Source: Candidatus Sericytochromatia bacterium (GTDB lineage Bacteria; Cyanobacteriota; Sericytochromatia; S15B-MN24; JAQBPE01). From it: a DNA stretch of 64,000 bases. Below the pieces are notes generated by a model. It was not told where the DNA came from. It was given only the letters and a program-made list of their open reading frames with translations, and did no database searches. Position 1 is the first letter of the stretch. Each line of letters begins with the position of its first letter. Positions 39,442-49,082 of this stretch are shown here, piece by piece. The translations under genes and the position numbers were made by a program. The DNA lies in contig JBBAPZ010000015.1 in assembly GCA_040400605.1 (NCBI GenBank), forward strand, positions 1-64,000. The letters are read 5' to 3'.

Positions 39442-40245
39442 TTAGCGATTGCCTCCACGTCCCGCAGAAAGCTCCTTGCGAATCTTGGGACTCAAGTAGC
39501 CCTTGAGCTTCTCCTCCACGATTTGTGGATTGTCACCCGCCTGGATCGACAAAATACCCGCAATCATCACCTCGCGCATCAGCAACTCTTCCTCACTCTT
39601 GCGCTTCAGTTTGGCACCCATCGGTAACCACAACAGGTTCGCCGTCGCGACACCATACAAAGTCGCAACGAACGCCACGGCAATCCCCGCGCCCATCGCG
39701 CCGACGTCTGTGCCCAAATTGCTCAGCAACGCAATCAAACCCATCACGGTACCAATAATACCCATCGTGGGCGCAAAGCCACCCAACGCATCGAGCATAC
39801 CCGTGTAACCCGCGTGACGCGACGCGATAAAGTCCAATTCCGTCTCAAGCATATCCTTGATCGTTTCATGATCCAACCCGTCGGCCACCAACTGAATACC
39901 CTTTTGCAAAAATGGATCGCCCGCCGCAGCCACTTCACTCTCAAGCGCTAACAAACCCTCACGCCTGGCCTTTTCGGCAAACTTGACCAGTTCCGCAACC
40001 AATACCCCAGGTTCCAGTTCGTTTTTGTAAAATGTTTGCTTGATGACACCCGGCAATTGCTTGATCTCCTCAAGCGGGTAGGCAATGAACAACGTTCCCG
40101 CCGTGCCACCCAGAACAATCAACGCCGCCGATGGGTTCATCAACCCCAACAGAGACGAAACCTGCCAACCCGACTCCCACACGTGGGCGATCATCATGGC
40201 GCCAAAGCCAAGCGCCAAACCAATAACCGTTGCTATTTCTAACAC
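39442..40245 (-). CDS. motA: Stator protein MotA
   Basis: ARREGLLALE, APTMGIIGTVMGLI, AFVATLYG, IQAGDNP motifs. Confidence 0.95.
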   Translation of the reverse strand: MLEIATVIGLALGFGAMMIAHVWESGWQVSSLLGLMNPSAALIVLGGTAGTLFIAYPLEEIKQLPGVIKQTFYKNELEPGVLVAELVKFAEKARREGLLALESEVAAAGDPFLQKGIQLVADGLDHETIKDMLETELDFIASRHAGYTGMLDALGGFAPTMGIIGTVMGLIALLSNLGTDVGAMGAGIAVAFVATLYGVATANLLWLPMGAKLKRKSEEELLMREVMIAGILSIQAGDNPQIVEEKLKGYLSPKIRKELSAGRGGNR

Positions 40246-40263
40246 AGGAACCCCGCTTCCAGG

Positions 40264-40497
40264 CTATAGCGTCGACGATTCGCCCGGCAAAACGCCAGGA
40301 GGCGATATGACAACGCCCCCGAAGATCTGACGTTTGAAGGCTATCACCCGGGCCACCACTTCGTCGATACTTTCTCTAATCACAAACTTATGCTCGCTGG
40401 TCAAGGTCATCACCGTGTCAGGCGTAGCCTCCAACGTTTCAATCAGATCCGAATTCACCGTCATCTGAGTGCCGTTCAACCGGGTCACCGCAATCAT
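40264..40497 (-). CDS. flbD: FlbD/SwrD family protein
   Basis: MIAVTRLNG...NSDLIE...TPDT pattern. Confidence 0.9.
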   Translation of the reverse strand: MIAVTRLNGTQMTVNSDLIETLEATPDTVMTLTSEHKFVIRESIDEVVARVIAFKRQIFGGVVISPPGVLPGESSTL

Positions 40498-40508
40498 GCC
40501 CTTTTGCC

Positions 40509-40808
40509 CTATCCCTTCGCTCGGTTTCTGTTTTGTTCGTTCGACCGATCCAAACGATTCAAAAATACCAAAATTTCAGCCACAACGGGATACAATTCCT
40601 CAGGAATCGTCATCCCGATATCAACCCTTGACAACGCCTCCGCCAAAGACGCGTCCTCACGCACCTCAACCCCACTCGCCTTGGCCAATTCAATCATCCG
40701 TTCGGCGATCAAACCCTGCCCCTGCGCAACCACCACCGGCGCCTCATCCCGCGCCTGATCATAGCGCAACGCCACCGCTCGCCGCGACTTTCGATTCTCG
40801 CGTGTCAT
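40509..40808 (-). CDS. Stand-alone FlhB C-terminal-domain protein (YlqH/FlhX-like)
   Basis: AVALRYD...APVVVAQG.G..A..I...IPEELY.VVAEIL. Confidence 0.9.
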   Translation of the reverse strand: MTRENRKSRRAVALRYDQARDEAPVVVAQGQGLIAERMIELAKASGVEVREDASLAEALSRVDIGMTIPEELYPVVAEILVFLNRLDRSNEQNRNRAKG

Positions 40809-40809
40809 C

Positions 40810-42228
40810 TCAAACCCGCCGGTCAAAATGGACCAATTCCTGCAAGCCCATGGTCTCAAACGGATCCGACACCAGGCGCGTCACCTTTACCGCATCACAA
40901 GCCTGCAAACGAAACGGCAGCATACCCAAACGCCCCCGCAACTCATCCACGTGCCTGGCCAGCAATTCAACAACCTCCTCATCCTGGGCAGTCAACGTCA
41001 CACTCAAGTCATCACCACTCACACGCAACGCCACCTGCACAAGCCCCATCGTCTGAGTCGGCAGGTTCAGCAAAAACCGCCCACCACCTTTCGGCATCTC
41101 CGACTCGCCCTCAGCCTCTTCCTCCTCCGCACGCACCACCAAACTGCCCTCACCAGTCTGACCCGCGCCCAAACCAAACAACAAGGGTATCACCGCCGCA
41201 CCCGTGCCGTCAGCATGGCTCGCCGCCTCCTGCAAGCCGCCATTAGCCAGTTGCGCAAACAGCAACTCAGCCACCGTTTCACCAATCTTGGCACGCACCT
41301 CCGGATAACGCTCACCCAAAGCCCGCGACAACTGCTCCAAGGCCTCAAGCAAGCTTCGGTTCGCAGACTCCTCGCGCCAGTCCCGCCTTGACCCCGGTTG
41401 CCGAGACGCATCGTACAACACAAGCGCCTTGGACTTCGCCCCCTCTTCCTCCTCATCAACCGGGCCTGGCCAGAGTTTGCGCACCCACCGCGCAAGCGCT
41501 GACCCCACTGCCACAGGCTTGGCCCCCGCCTCAAGCGGGATGCCTCCCAATATCGACAACACCTCATCCAACAAACTCAGTTGCGCACCGCGTAACGACT
41601 CGCCACGCCGCAAACCTTCAAGCGTTTTGGCCAGTGAACGAAACTGCCCCAGCAACTGCACGCCCGCTTCCGGTTGTGCGCGACTCTCCATCAGCGCCAA
41701 CGAGGACGCACTCAAAGGTACCCCTAATTTATGCAACAAAGCCGCCTGACCATACGCGCGCGCACCAAGCCGCGGAAAACTCTGGAGCGCATCAAAAAAC
41801 GCCTGCAAAGACGCACGCGTGAGCGCCCCATCCCGTGCGGCGAGCGCCCGCGCCGCTGCGCGCGTGCGCTCGCTCACCGGCACCCCCAACGCCATCAACA
41901 AATCATCAACGGCCGCATCCGCCAGCTCAGGCGATCGCCCATCCGCCGGCTCATTCGCCAGCAAACTGAGCTTCAACCCCCGCCCCGGCGCCTCTTGCAC
42001 CCGCACATACAATTTGTCGCCCGCAGTCAAAGTCACATGGCTCTCCACCACGAGCCGGCGCCCCTCAACATCCAGCGTCGCTTCAGACCCCACCACCGAC
42101 AACACGCGCGCAACCAACATGTCCCGACGCTGCAATTCCTGCAACGCACCGAGGGGAGAGGCGCCTTCTGCACCTCCCCCTCCGACGATCACATTGCGGC
42201 GCGATGGATCGATTCCACGAATGAACAT
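40810..42228 (-). CDS. Protein with a FliK-like C-terminal domain (YlqG-like)
   Basis: C-terminal LNLP...MGLVQVAL......SVTL...L...LR.RL pattern; coupled to the FlhB-C gene. Confidence 0.6.
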   Translation of the reverse strand: MFIRGIDPSRRNVIVGGGGAEGASPLGALQELQRRDMLVARVLSVVGSEATLDVEGRRLVVESHVTLTAGDKLYVRVQEAPGRGLKLSLLANEPADGRSPELADAAVDDLLMALGVPVSERTRAAARALAARDGALTRASLQAFFDALQSFPRLGARAYGQAALLHKLGVPLSASSLALMESRAQPEAGVQLLGQFRSLAKTLEGLRRGESLRGAQLSLLDEVLSILGGIPLEAGAKPVAVGSALARWVRKLWPGPVDEEEEGAKSKALVLYDASRQPGSRRDWREESANRSLLEALEQLSRALGERYPEVRAKIGETVAELLFAQLANGGLQEAASHADGTGAAVIPLLFGLGAGQTGEGSLVVRAEEEEAEGESEMPKGGGRFLLNLPTQTMGLVQVALRVSGDDLSVTLTAQDEEVVELLARHVDELRGRLGMLPFRLQACDAVKVTRLVSDPFETMGLQELVHFDRRV

Positions 42229-42277
42229 CGAAGAATTCCCCTCACAACGCCATCAACACGACGATAAATGGCCACAC

Positions 42278-43801
42278 CTAACGCTTCAGAGCGATCAATT
42301 CCTGCAGGATCTCGTCACTCGTCGTAATAACGCGTGAGTTAGCCTGGAAACCACGCTGGGTGGTGATCATATCCGAAAACTGGTCCGTCAAGTCCACGTT
42401 GGACTGCTCCAGGTTGCCCGAACGGATCAAACCCGAGTCACCCAACCCCGGCGGCCGCACCACCGCGTCACCCGAGTTGCGGGTCGTGATGTACGCGGTT
42501 TCACCAGCTTTTTGCAAACCGGCGGCGTTGGGGAATGTCGCAATCGCAACCTGTCCCAACGGCATCCGGAAACCATTCGAGAAGCTGCCGATCGCAACAC
42601 CTTCACGGTTAATGCCCAAGTCAACCAACGACCCCTGCTGATACCCATTCTGTCCCGTCGCAACAGCCGTCGACTCACTCGCAAACTGCGTCAAGCCAAT
42701 CGCTTCACCCGGCTTGCCGAAGTTCGGCGTGATTGCCGTATCAACAATCTGGCCAGAGGGCAACTGCCAATACAATTTAACCGTGCCTGTCGGAATTTCC
42801 TTATTGTTGGCGTCGTAACGCTTGGCCATGACGCCTCGCTCATCAAAACGGATGGTGTTGTTCTTCTTGCCAGTAGCTATATCCGTAGTCGGATCAATGA
42901 CGCCGTTTCCGTTAACATCTTTAATGAATTTGAAGTTTTCATTCCAATCTTGAATCTCCGGCTGCTCACCAGCATTCAGCTGCGAGCCGTCAGCCTTGCG
43001 GAGTGTCGTATCGTTGTTCAAAACCTCCCACGTCCATTCCTTTTGCCACTCCAGCACCTCCGGCACAAGCGGCACATTATCGGGACCTCGCTTCGGAGCC
43101 TGTACCGCACCTTTGTGCGTAAAGCGCAAAGTAACGAAATGCTTGTTACCAACGGAGTCAATTACATCCACACTGGATTCCACGTAGTTGCGAGGCGCCG
43201 ACGGATCATTCGCCGACGGCGCAACGTTTGTTGTCCGTTCGTCCAAATTGCCGTTAAACGTCACCTCAGTCGTACGCCGTGGCGGGAAAAGTCGATCCAC
43301 CGGCACCTTCATATCTTGCAAGGGCGCGGCACGATCAATTTCATAATAAGGCTCACCAGCCGAATCAACCTTCTGAACGGCTTGATAACCCACCAGATGC
43401 ATTCCGTTGTCCGGGTTGACAATAAAACCACTCGCATCCAAATCAAAGTTACCGGCACGCGTATAGGTGTTGTTCACACCATCGGACATGACAAAGAAAC
43501 CGTCGCCCTCAATCGCCATGTCGGTCACCTTGCCGGTCGACTCCAGGTTACCCTGCCGGTGAATGACGTCGATCGTCGCCACAAGCGCACCCTGACCAAT
43601 CTGCTTCGGGTTACTACCGCCTCGACCACCTGCCTCACTGGTATCCGCGACCCTCAGCAACTGCGAGAACTGGTCACGAAAGGTCACCCGGCTGCGCTTG
43701 AAACCAATGGTATTAACGTTCGCAATGTTGTCACTGATTACGTCAATACGCGTTTGGTGCGCTTTCATGCCGCTCACGCCGGCAAATACTGACTTTAGCA
43801 C
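42278..43801 (-). CDS. flgE: Flagellar hook protein FlgE
   Basis: SGM...Q...ISDNIANVNTIGFK, YTRAGNF, LEQSNVDL, QRGFQANSR motifs. Confidence 0.96.
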   Translation of the reverse strand: MLKSVFAGVSGMKAHQTRIDVISDNIANVNTIGFKRSRVTFRDQFSQLLRVADTSEAGGRGGSNPKQIGQGALVATIDVIHRQGNLESTGKVTDMAIEGDGFFVMSDGVNNTYTRAGNFDLDASGFIVNPDNGMHLVGYQAVQKVDSAGEPYYEIDRAAPLQDMKVPVDRLFPPRRTTEVTFNGNLDERTTNVAPSANDPSAPRNYVESSVDVIDSVGNKHFVTLRFTHKGAVQAPKRGPDNVPLVPEVLEWQKEWTWEVLNNDTTLRKADGSQLNAGEQPEIQDWNENFKFIKDVNGNGVIDPTTDIATGKKNNTIRFDERGVMAKRYDANNKEIPTGTVKLYWQLPSGQIVDTAITPNFGKPGEAIGLTQFASESTAVATGQNGYQQGSLVDLGINREGVAIGSFSNGFRMPLGQVAIATFPNAAGLQKAGETAYITTRNSGDAVVRPPGLGDSGLIRSGNLEQSNVDLTDQFSDMITTQRGFQANSRVITTSDEILQELIALKR

Positions 43802-43940
43802 AATGGCCTCCTTACTGACTCTCCACGCTCAAAACCACTTTGAAAAACCCTGGAACGCGGGGCAGCCTGAAGTCCGCAATCAGCGTCCATCAATGACCTC
43901 CAGATATTCGGTCCAGCCTTTGAACCGCCCCGTCTCACCT

Positions 43941-44321
43941 TCAAACCAAAACTGCACTATCGATGTTGGTAAACACGTTTTCTTTCAACTGCGCCGGATC
44001 CACCACCGTGATGACCGTTCGATTCTTCACACTAACCACCAACGCCGCTTTGTCACTCACCAACAACGCTTCCCGACCACCCTTTGCCGCCACCTTGTCA
44101 ACACCTGCCTCCAACTTGGCCCAGTCTTCGGCTTCTAACCGTATTTGTCTGCTTGACAGCCGCTGACTGGCGTGGGCGCTCAGTTTTAACCGTGTCGCCG
44201 GCGTTCGCGCCAACACCTCGGCAAAGCTTGCTCCACCCTTGACCCCTGTCTCACGCTCGCGCGGCGCAGGCGCAACATTCGGCCCGAGTGGTTGTGCCAA
44301 AAACCTCAACTCATCCATCAA
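43941..44321 (-). CDS. Putative flagellar operon protein (TIGR02530-type)
   Basis: LKLSAHA..RL..R.I, VVSVKNRTVIT, NVFTNIDSAV; lies between flgD and flgE. Confidence 0.88.
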   Translation of the reverse strand: MMDELRFLAQPLGPNVAPAPRERETGVKGGASFAEVLARTPATRLKLSAHASQRLSSRQIRLEAEDWAKLEAGVDKVAAKGGREALLVSDKAALVVSVKNRTVITVVDPAQLKENVFTNIDSAVLV

Positions 44322-44806
44322 CCCTCCTTCTTTGTTTCAGCAGACTTACTCGCCGTAGCAGGCGCCTCCGCCTTGGCTTCGGATACATCCGTCACCAACG
44401 CCGAATCGTAAGCCTTGCCACCCACCACCACCGTCACCTTTCCATCAATGGAACGCACTTCGTCCACGATTCCTTTGACCGTCTCAGCCTTTTCGCCAGG
44501 CACCGTCACACTCACCTGCTTGCCAATCAACGAACTCGCTGACGTCAAGGCCGAAAACTGCTGCTGTGACTCCAAGGTCTTGTTAATGTTCTGCATTTGC
44601 TCAAGCGAGCTGAACTGCGCCATCTGCGCGATAAAATTGGTGTCATCCATGGGCTTCATCGGGTCTTGATGCTTCAGCTGCGTCACCAACAGCTGCAAGA
44701 AAGCATCCTTGTCCAGCTCACGCTTGATGTTGCGATCGCCTGGCTTCGTGGCAGCCGATCGCATCAGGTCCTTCACATTGCCAGTTACGGATGTCGGATC
44801 AGCCAT
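44318..44806 (-). CDS. flgD: Hook cap FlgD (canonical)
   Basis: LDKDAFLQLLVTQLKHQDPMKPMD, QMAQFSSLEQM motifs. Confidence 0.95.
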   Translation of the reverse strand: MADPTSVTGNVKDLMRSAATKPGDRNIKRELDKDAFLQLLVTQLKHQDPMKPMDDTNFIAQMAQFSSLEQMQNINKTLESQQQFSALTSASSLIGKQVSVTVPGEKAETVKGIVDEVRSIDGKVTVVVGGKAYDSALVTDVSEAKAEAPATASKSAETKKEG

Positions 44807-44836
44807 ATCGCCCCCTCTAACGCCTGCCTCTTTTCA

Positions 44837-44863
44837 GTATCGGATCACGCAAGCGCGAACTTA
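44837..44863 (-). promoter_or_regulatory. Sigma28-type promoter upstream of flgD
   Basis: Minus strand TAAG-N15-TCCGATAC. Confidence 0.65.
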
Positions 44864-44885
44864 AATGTGATTCGCAACAAATCAC

Positions 44886-47531
44886 TCACGCCCGATAATC
44901 AACTGCGCCACCGGTGCCCTCATCCGCCAACCGAAGCACTTCCGATACAGGCTCCGCAAGCGTTACAGCACCCGCCCCACGCCCATTGCGCCGCGCTTGA
45001 CCACCCTCAAACTGCCCCTGACCGAACTGCCCCTGCGCAGACGCCTCACCCGCACCCTGACGCAACGACTCCGACCCCTGCCAAACAACATCCACACGCT
45101 CAACCTTAAGCCCCAACTCCTGCAAATGACGCTGCAACGACGCCACCTGCGTATCCAAAACAGACTTCACCTCCTGCGATTCAGCCGACAACCGCGCATG
45201 CAAAACCCCGCCGCGCGACACGACCTGAATTTCCAACGGCCCCAACTCCTCAGGATTCAACGCCACCCGCAGTGAGCGCACCATCCCCCCGCGCAACTGC
45301 GTCAACGCCTCAAAAACCTGCGGCATCACCCGCTGCGCCGGTGTCGGCTCACCTGCCTCGCGCACCGAGGGCAACACCCGCTCAGACGCACCCAACCCTG
45401 CCAAGGCACCTGCCACCCTATCGGACACCGGCTCTGACGGCTGAACCACCTCAGCGACAACCGCCTCATCCTCGGCGGCAACCGCCAAGCCAGCCTCAGC
45501 AGGCACCTGAGTTCCCGCCCCGACAGCCATCTCACCGACCGCCGGCCCTAAACGCTCCGCACCAGCGCCCAACAATTGGGTTGAATCAAACCCACGGCCC
45601 CCTTGGCCAGCAGTACCCGCATCACCACCGCCAGCGTCGCCTCCGGTGGGTCCGCCCGATCCCGTAAAACGCCCATCGCCAGCCGGCGCAACCGCCTCCC
45701 CATTCAATACCGATTCACCCGCCGCGCGACCCGGCCCATTTTCCACCGGCGCCACGGGCCGCAACCCGACACCGCGATCCGCAACGCCATTGTTAACGAG
45801 TGTCGCGGCCACAAACCCGGAAGGTAGGACACCTTGAGCGGCTTCAGCCCGCTGCGCAACAGGCACCCGCTCCGTAGCAGCACTGATGGCAGACTCTTCT
45901 GGCTGGACCTGATTCAACGCAAGCCCTGCGTCAAGCACTTCCATGCGATCGCCTGCCCCCACAACAACCTGATTCAACGCCGACGGGCGCGGAGCCACCC
46001 CGTCAACCACCGGCCCCCCAAGCCCGTCACTCACCCCAGCCTCAACCCCGGTCTCTGGTGACACCAGCCCCAAGTCCGAATCAAACCCCTGCGCCCCACG
46101 TGAAACAACACCGTCAGGCCGTGCGATCGCCTCCCCAAACCCCGCGCCCAACAAGCCCAGATCAGCCATCATCCAGGACGCTGACGGCGCAACCAACGCA
46201 TTGGCACCAGCACCCGGCAACGCCTTTGGCGCACCCACCACGCGCGCATCCGCCATCACAGCACGGGCATCAAACGCCAAGCGGGGATCACCCACACCAT
46301 CCAGTTTCGTCAAATCTGTTTCAAACACGCCCTGAGCACTGCCCGAAACCGCAGCACCACCTTCAATCACCCGTGACACCCCAACCGCATCACGACCCGT
46401 TGAGGACCCTTGCGCCCCATCTTCCCGCACACCAAGACCACCTTGTCCCAACGTGGCCCCCAAACCACGACCAGACGCATCACCGCCCAAAGCCGGCGTG
46501 ACACCCGCGATCGGCTCAAACGCAGCCGATACCACCTGCCCGTTACCCATTGCAGAATCCGCTACCCCCCCCACTGGCGCTGCCGGCGTTTGCACGCTTA
46601 CCCCACCAGACGGCGCACCCAAGCCCAGAGCAGACACATCATCCGCACCACGAGCCGGCACAGACTCACCCACGTTTGCCCCCCGTAACGACGCCAAGGA
46701 CATTGCACGCCCATTGTTTGTGATCTTCACCGGCGTCTCGGCCGACGACGCCGAACGCAACGGCAAACCCGTCACCTCGACACCAAGCACCCCTGACGCT
46801 GCTGCTGACATCGGGCTCGGTACATTCGCCGCTTGACCCGGCGCAGACACACCCGCGATTGCCCCTTGTGGCACACCCAACGCCACCTCGCGCCCATTTG
46901 GCGCTGAGCGCGGCTGCCCGGGCATCATGACAGCGGGAGCCTGGTTCGGCAGCGCTGCAGCGTCAGACGTTGACGCGCTCCGTGGCGCATCGAACGAAAG
47001 CGCCGCCACCTGGCCGCTTTGCGACCCCAGCGACGATTCGGCCTGTACAGGCATCGACGCAACACTTGCAACCACCCCAGACACGGAGGTACCCGCCACA
47101 CCTGTCGGATCATCGGCCACACCAGGCGACGCAGGCAGAGCCAACCCCGCCAGTTGCCAAGGCAACACCGCAAAATTGCTCGCCACCACCATGCCAAGCA
47201 CCGCTTCTTGCGCTGCAAGCGTTGAATCCGTGGTGGCCAAACCCGCCTCTGCGCCGGCATTCGCCGTCCCCTCGTCGCCGGTTGCGCTTTGTCCGCTGGA
47301 AGCGTCCACATCCGACACCACCTCGTTGGCATCCGAACGGCTCGCACCCGGCCCCAGCGCGCACGCGGTTTTGACAGGCGTCATCGGCTTGACGGGCGAT
47401 GTACCGGGCTTGGTGGCCTGTTGCGCTTCGCGCGCAAGGCACCGGGCGAAGGCATCGCCCACGCCTGCTGCAGGCGTGGCTGCATCCGGTGCGGTTTGGG
47501 TTGTCGAAAGCGCGATCGCCAACATATCCAT
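44886..47531 (-). CDS. fliK: Hook-length control protein FliK (very long, about 880 aa)
   Basis: Low-complexity Ala/Gly/Pro/Ser body; C-terminal LNPEELG.L.I...V...L...LQ..LQELGL.V domain; upstream of flgD. Confidence 0.9.
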   Translation of the reverse strand: MDMLAIALSTTQTAPDAATPAAGVGDAFARCLAREAQQATKPGTSPVKPMTPVKTACALGPGASRSDANEVVSDVDASSGQSATGDEGTANAGAEAGLATTDSTLAAQEAVLGMVVASNFAVLPWQLAGLALPASPGVADDPTGVAGTSVSGVVASVASMPVQAESSLGSQSGQVAALSFDAPRSASTSDAAALPNQAPAVMMPGQPRSAPNGREVALGVPQGAIAGVSAPGQAANVPSPMSAAASGVLGVEVTGLPLRSASSAETPVKITNNGRAMSLASLRGANVGESVPARGADDVSALGLGAPSGGVSVQTPAAPVGGVADSAMGNGQVVSAAFEPIAGVTPALGGDASGRGLGATLGQGGLGVREDGAQGSSTGRDAVGVSRVIEGGAAVSGSAQGVFETDLTKLDGVGDPRLAFDARAVMADARVVGAPKALPGAGANALVAPSASWMMADLGLLGAGFGEAIARPDGVVSRGAQGFDSDLGLVSPETGVEAGVSDGLGGPVVDGVAPRPSALNQVVVGAGDRMEVLDAGLALNQVQPEESAISAATERVPVAQRAEAAQGVLPSGFVAATLVNNGVADRGVGLRPVAPVENGPGRAAGESVLNGEAVAPAGDGRFTGSGGPTGGDAGGGDAGTAGQGGRGFDSTQLLGAGAERLGPAVGEMAVGAGTQVPAEAGLAVAAEDEAVVAEVVQPSEPVSDRVAGALAGLGASERVLPSVREAGEPTPAQRVMPQVFEALTQLRGGMVRSLRVALNPEELGPLEIQVVSRGGVLHARLSAESQEVKSVLDTQVASLQRHLQELGLKVERVDVVWQGSESLRQGAGEASAQGQFGQGQFEGGQARRNGRGAGAVTLAEPVSEVLRLADEGTGGAVDYRA

Positions 47532-47625
47532 GGTAACCAGACCCTCTTTCAACCCACGCCATCCGCAACCGTGGTCGGACTCCAGCCAGGACACCGCTCA
47601 CCAAACAGCAAGGGCCCCTTTATTG

Positions 47626-47652
47626 TTATCGGCAAGCATTCAGCAAACCTTA
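47626..47652 (-). promoter_or_regulatory. Sigma28-type promoter upstream of fliK
   Basis: Minus strand TAAG-N15-GCCGATAA, with a perfect -10. Confidence 0.8.
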
Positions 47653-47819
47653 AGCTGGCATGCAATTGTCTATCCAGTGATGCATAAGTTTTTGCTCAAA
47701 ACTTGCGCAGCAAGATTAAAACGTGAGGCAATGGCTCGTTGTGATTGAATCACAGCCAAAACGTGATCAAAAATCAACGCGTTTCTGCATCGCGTGCAGA
47801 CTAGGGAGAATGGGGCGCT

Positions 47820-48266
47820 CTAATCACGCCTGGTGTAACGCATCGTGCCCAACTCATCCAGCAAGGCGTTTTCGGCGTGCGCCAGCGCAGCCACCCACTG
47901 CGCGCGATCCCGCTCTTCAAGCCGGGTCATGATTTCGCGCTCACGCCGCGCGGCAAGCAACACATCCCGCTGTTTTTCGACCCGCTTCTGCGCGGCTACC
48001 CGCGACTGTTGCTGCGTCTCAACCCGGCGGGCCAACCCCACAAGATAAGCTTCAGTAGTCATCAACTGCTCGATGTCCAACCGTTCAGAAGCCTGCGTCG
48101 CGTGCCAACCCTCCCGATGGGCGTTCGCCTCTGCCTGTAAACGTTCAATCTCCGCATCGATATGCTGCACGGCAACCATAAGTTCGGACAGTTTCTGCTG
48201 TTCCTGACTCTCCCGTTGCGCGCGCATGTTCAACAAGGCCTGGTAGCGAAACTTGAATTTTTTCAC
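47820..48266 (-). CDS. fliJ: Flagellar export chaperone FliJ
   Basis: KKFKFRYQALL N-terminus, coiled coil, C-terminal E..LLDE. Confidence 0.88.
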   Translation of the reverse strand: MKKFKFRYQALLNMRAQRESQEQQKLSELMVAVQHIDAEIERLQAEANAHREGWHATQASERLDIEQLMTTEAYLVGLARRVETQQQSRVAAQKRVEKQRDVLLAARREREIMTRLEERDRAQWVAALAHAENALLDELGTMRYTRRD

Positions 48267-48293
48267 GCAGCCCCACCCAACCCGGCGCAACCA

Positions 48294-49037
48294 TCACTGA
48301 CTGAAACGCCACCCATCCGACGCACGCATCTCAACCGCTGTCACCGCGTTGAGGTCCTCGCTACCCACCGGCCGTACCGCCGTCACGCGCCACTCATGCA
48401 ACACCCCACGCCCCAACGAACTGCCGGTTTCGCTGGGAAACAGGTCATAAAAGCGCTCCATCTTCAAATTCGTGCCCTCGCCGTACTTGACGGCCGTTTT
48501 TGTGGTCCACGCCGCATACACGGTCGCCGCGTTGTCGGCCCGCGTCACGCGCACGTAGTACCAAAGCGCCTTGGGCTGGGCTTCCCAGCTCAAAACGGGC
48601 GCTTCACCACCGACACCTAAAATGGCGTTTTGGGCCGGTGAAATGAGTTTGGGTTTGTCAAGTTCGCGCTTGGGCAAGGTGAGCTGCTTAAGGTCGGAAT
48701 TCCCGAGCGATCGCCCCTCACCACCGATGACATGCACCGTGTACGAAAAAGTTTGCCCCTCCGCCACCGTGTAATCATCAAACGCGCCGCCAGTAACCGT
48801 CGCCCGGATGTTGGCTGGATTGTCGCCAAACTTGCGCAATACCTCAAATTGCCGCGCACCGGGCAACGACGGCCAGCGCAACACCGTCTGGTAAACCGCA
48901 TTGCCCGTCTCAGGGTCCGTCGCGCTGACCGCCAACGCATGTAATGGCAAAGGCCCCGTTCCCAAATACCCAACCCCAGGCACCGTGCACGCAGTCAAAG
49001 CCAATGCCCACAACCCCAAACCCCAACCACGCGTCAC
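48294..49037 (-). CDS. Hypothetical lipoprotein with Fn3/Ig-like beta domains
   Basis: Signal peptide ending LALTA-C; LRW...FEV...D..V..G..FSYTV and LSW...YYVRV patterns. Confidence 0.6.
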   Translation of the reverse strand: MTRGWGLGLWALALTACTVPGVGYLGTGPLPLHALAVSATDPETGNAVYQTVLRWPSLPGARQFEVLRKFGDNPANIRATVTGGAFDDYTVAEGQTFSYTVHVIGGEGRSLGNSDLKQLTLPKRELDKPKLISPAQNAILGVGGEAPVLSWEAQPKALWYYVRVTRADNAATVYAAWTTKTAVKYGEGTNLKMERFYDLFPSETGSSLGRGVLHEWRVTAVRPVGSEDLNAVTAVEMRASDGWRFSQ

Positions 49038-49082
49038 GACATATCCCCCCGCCACTCAGGTGTAACCCGGGCGCTCCATCGC

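Noticed and set aside
42512..43792. 426-aa plus-strand ORF
   Set aside because: Antisense shadow of flgE.
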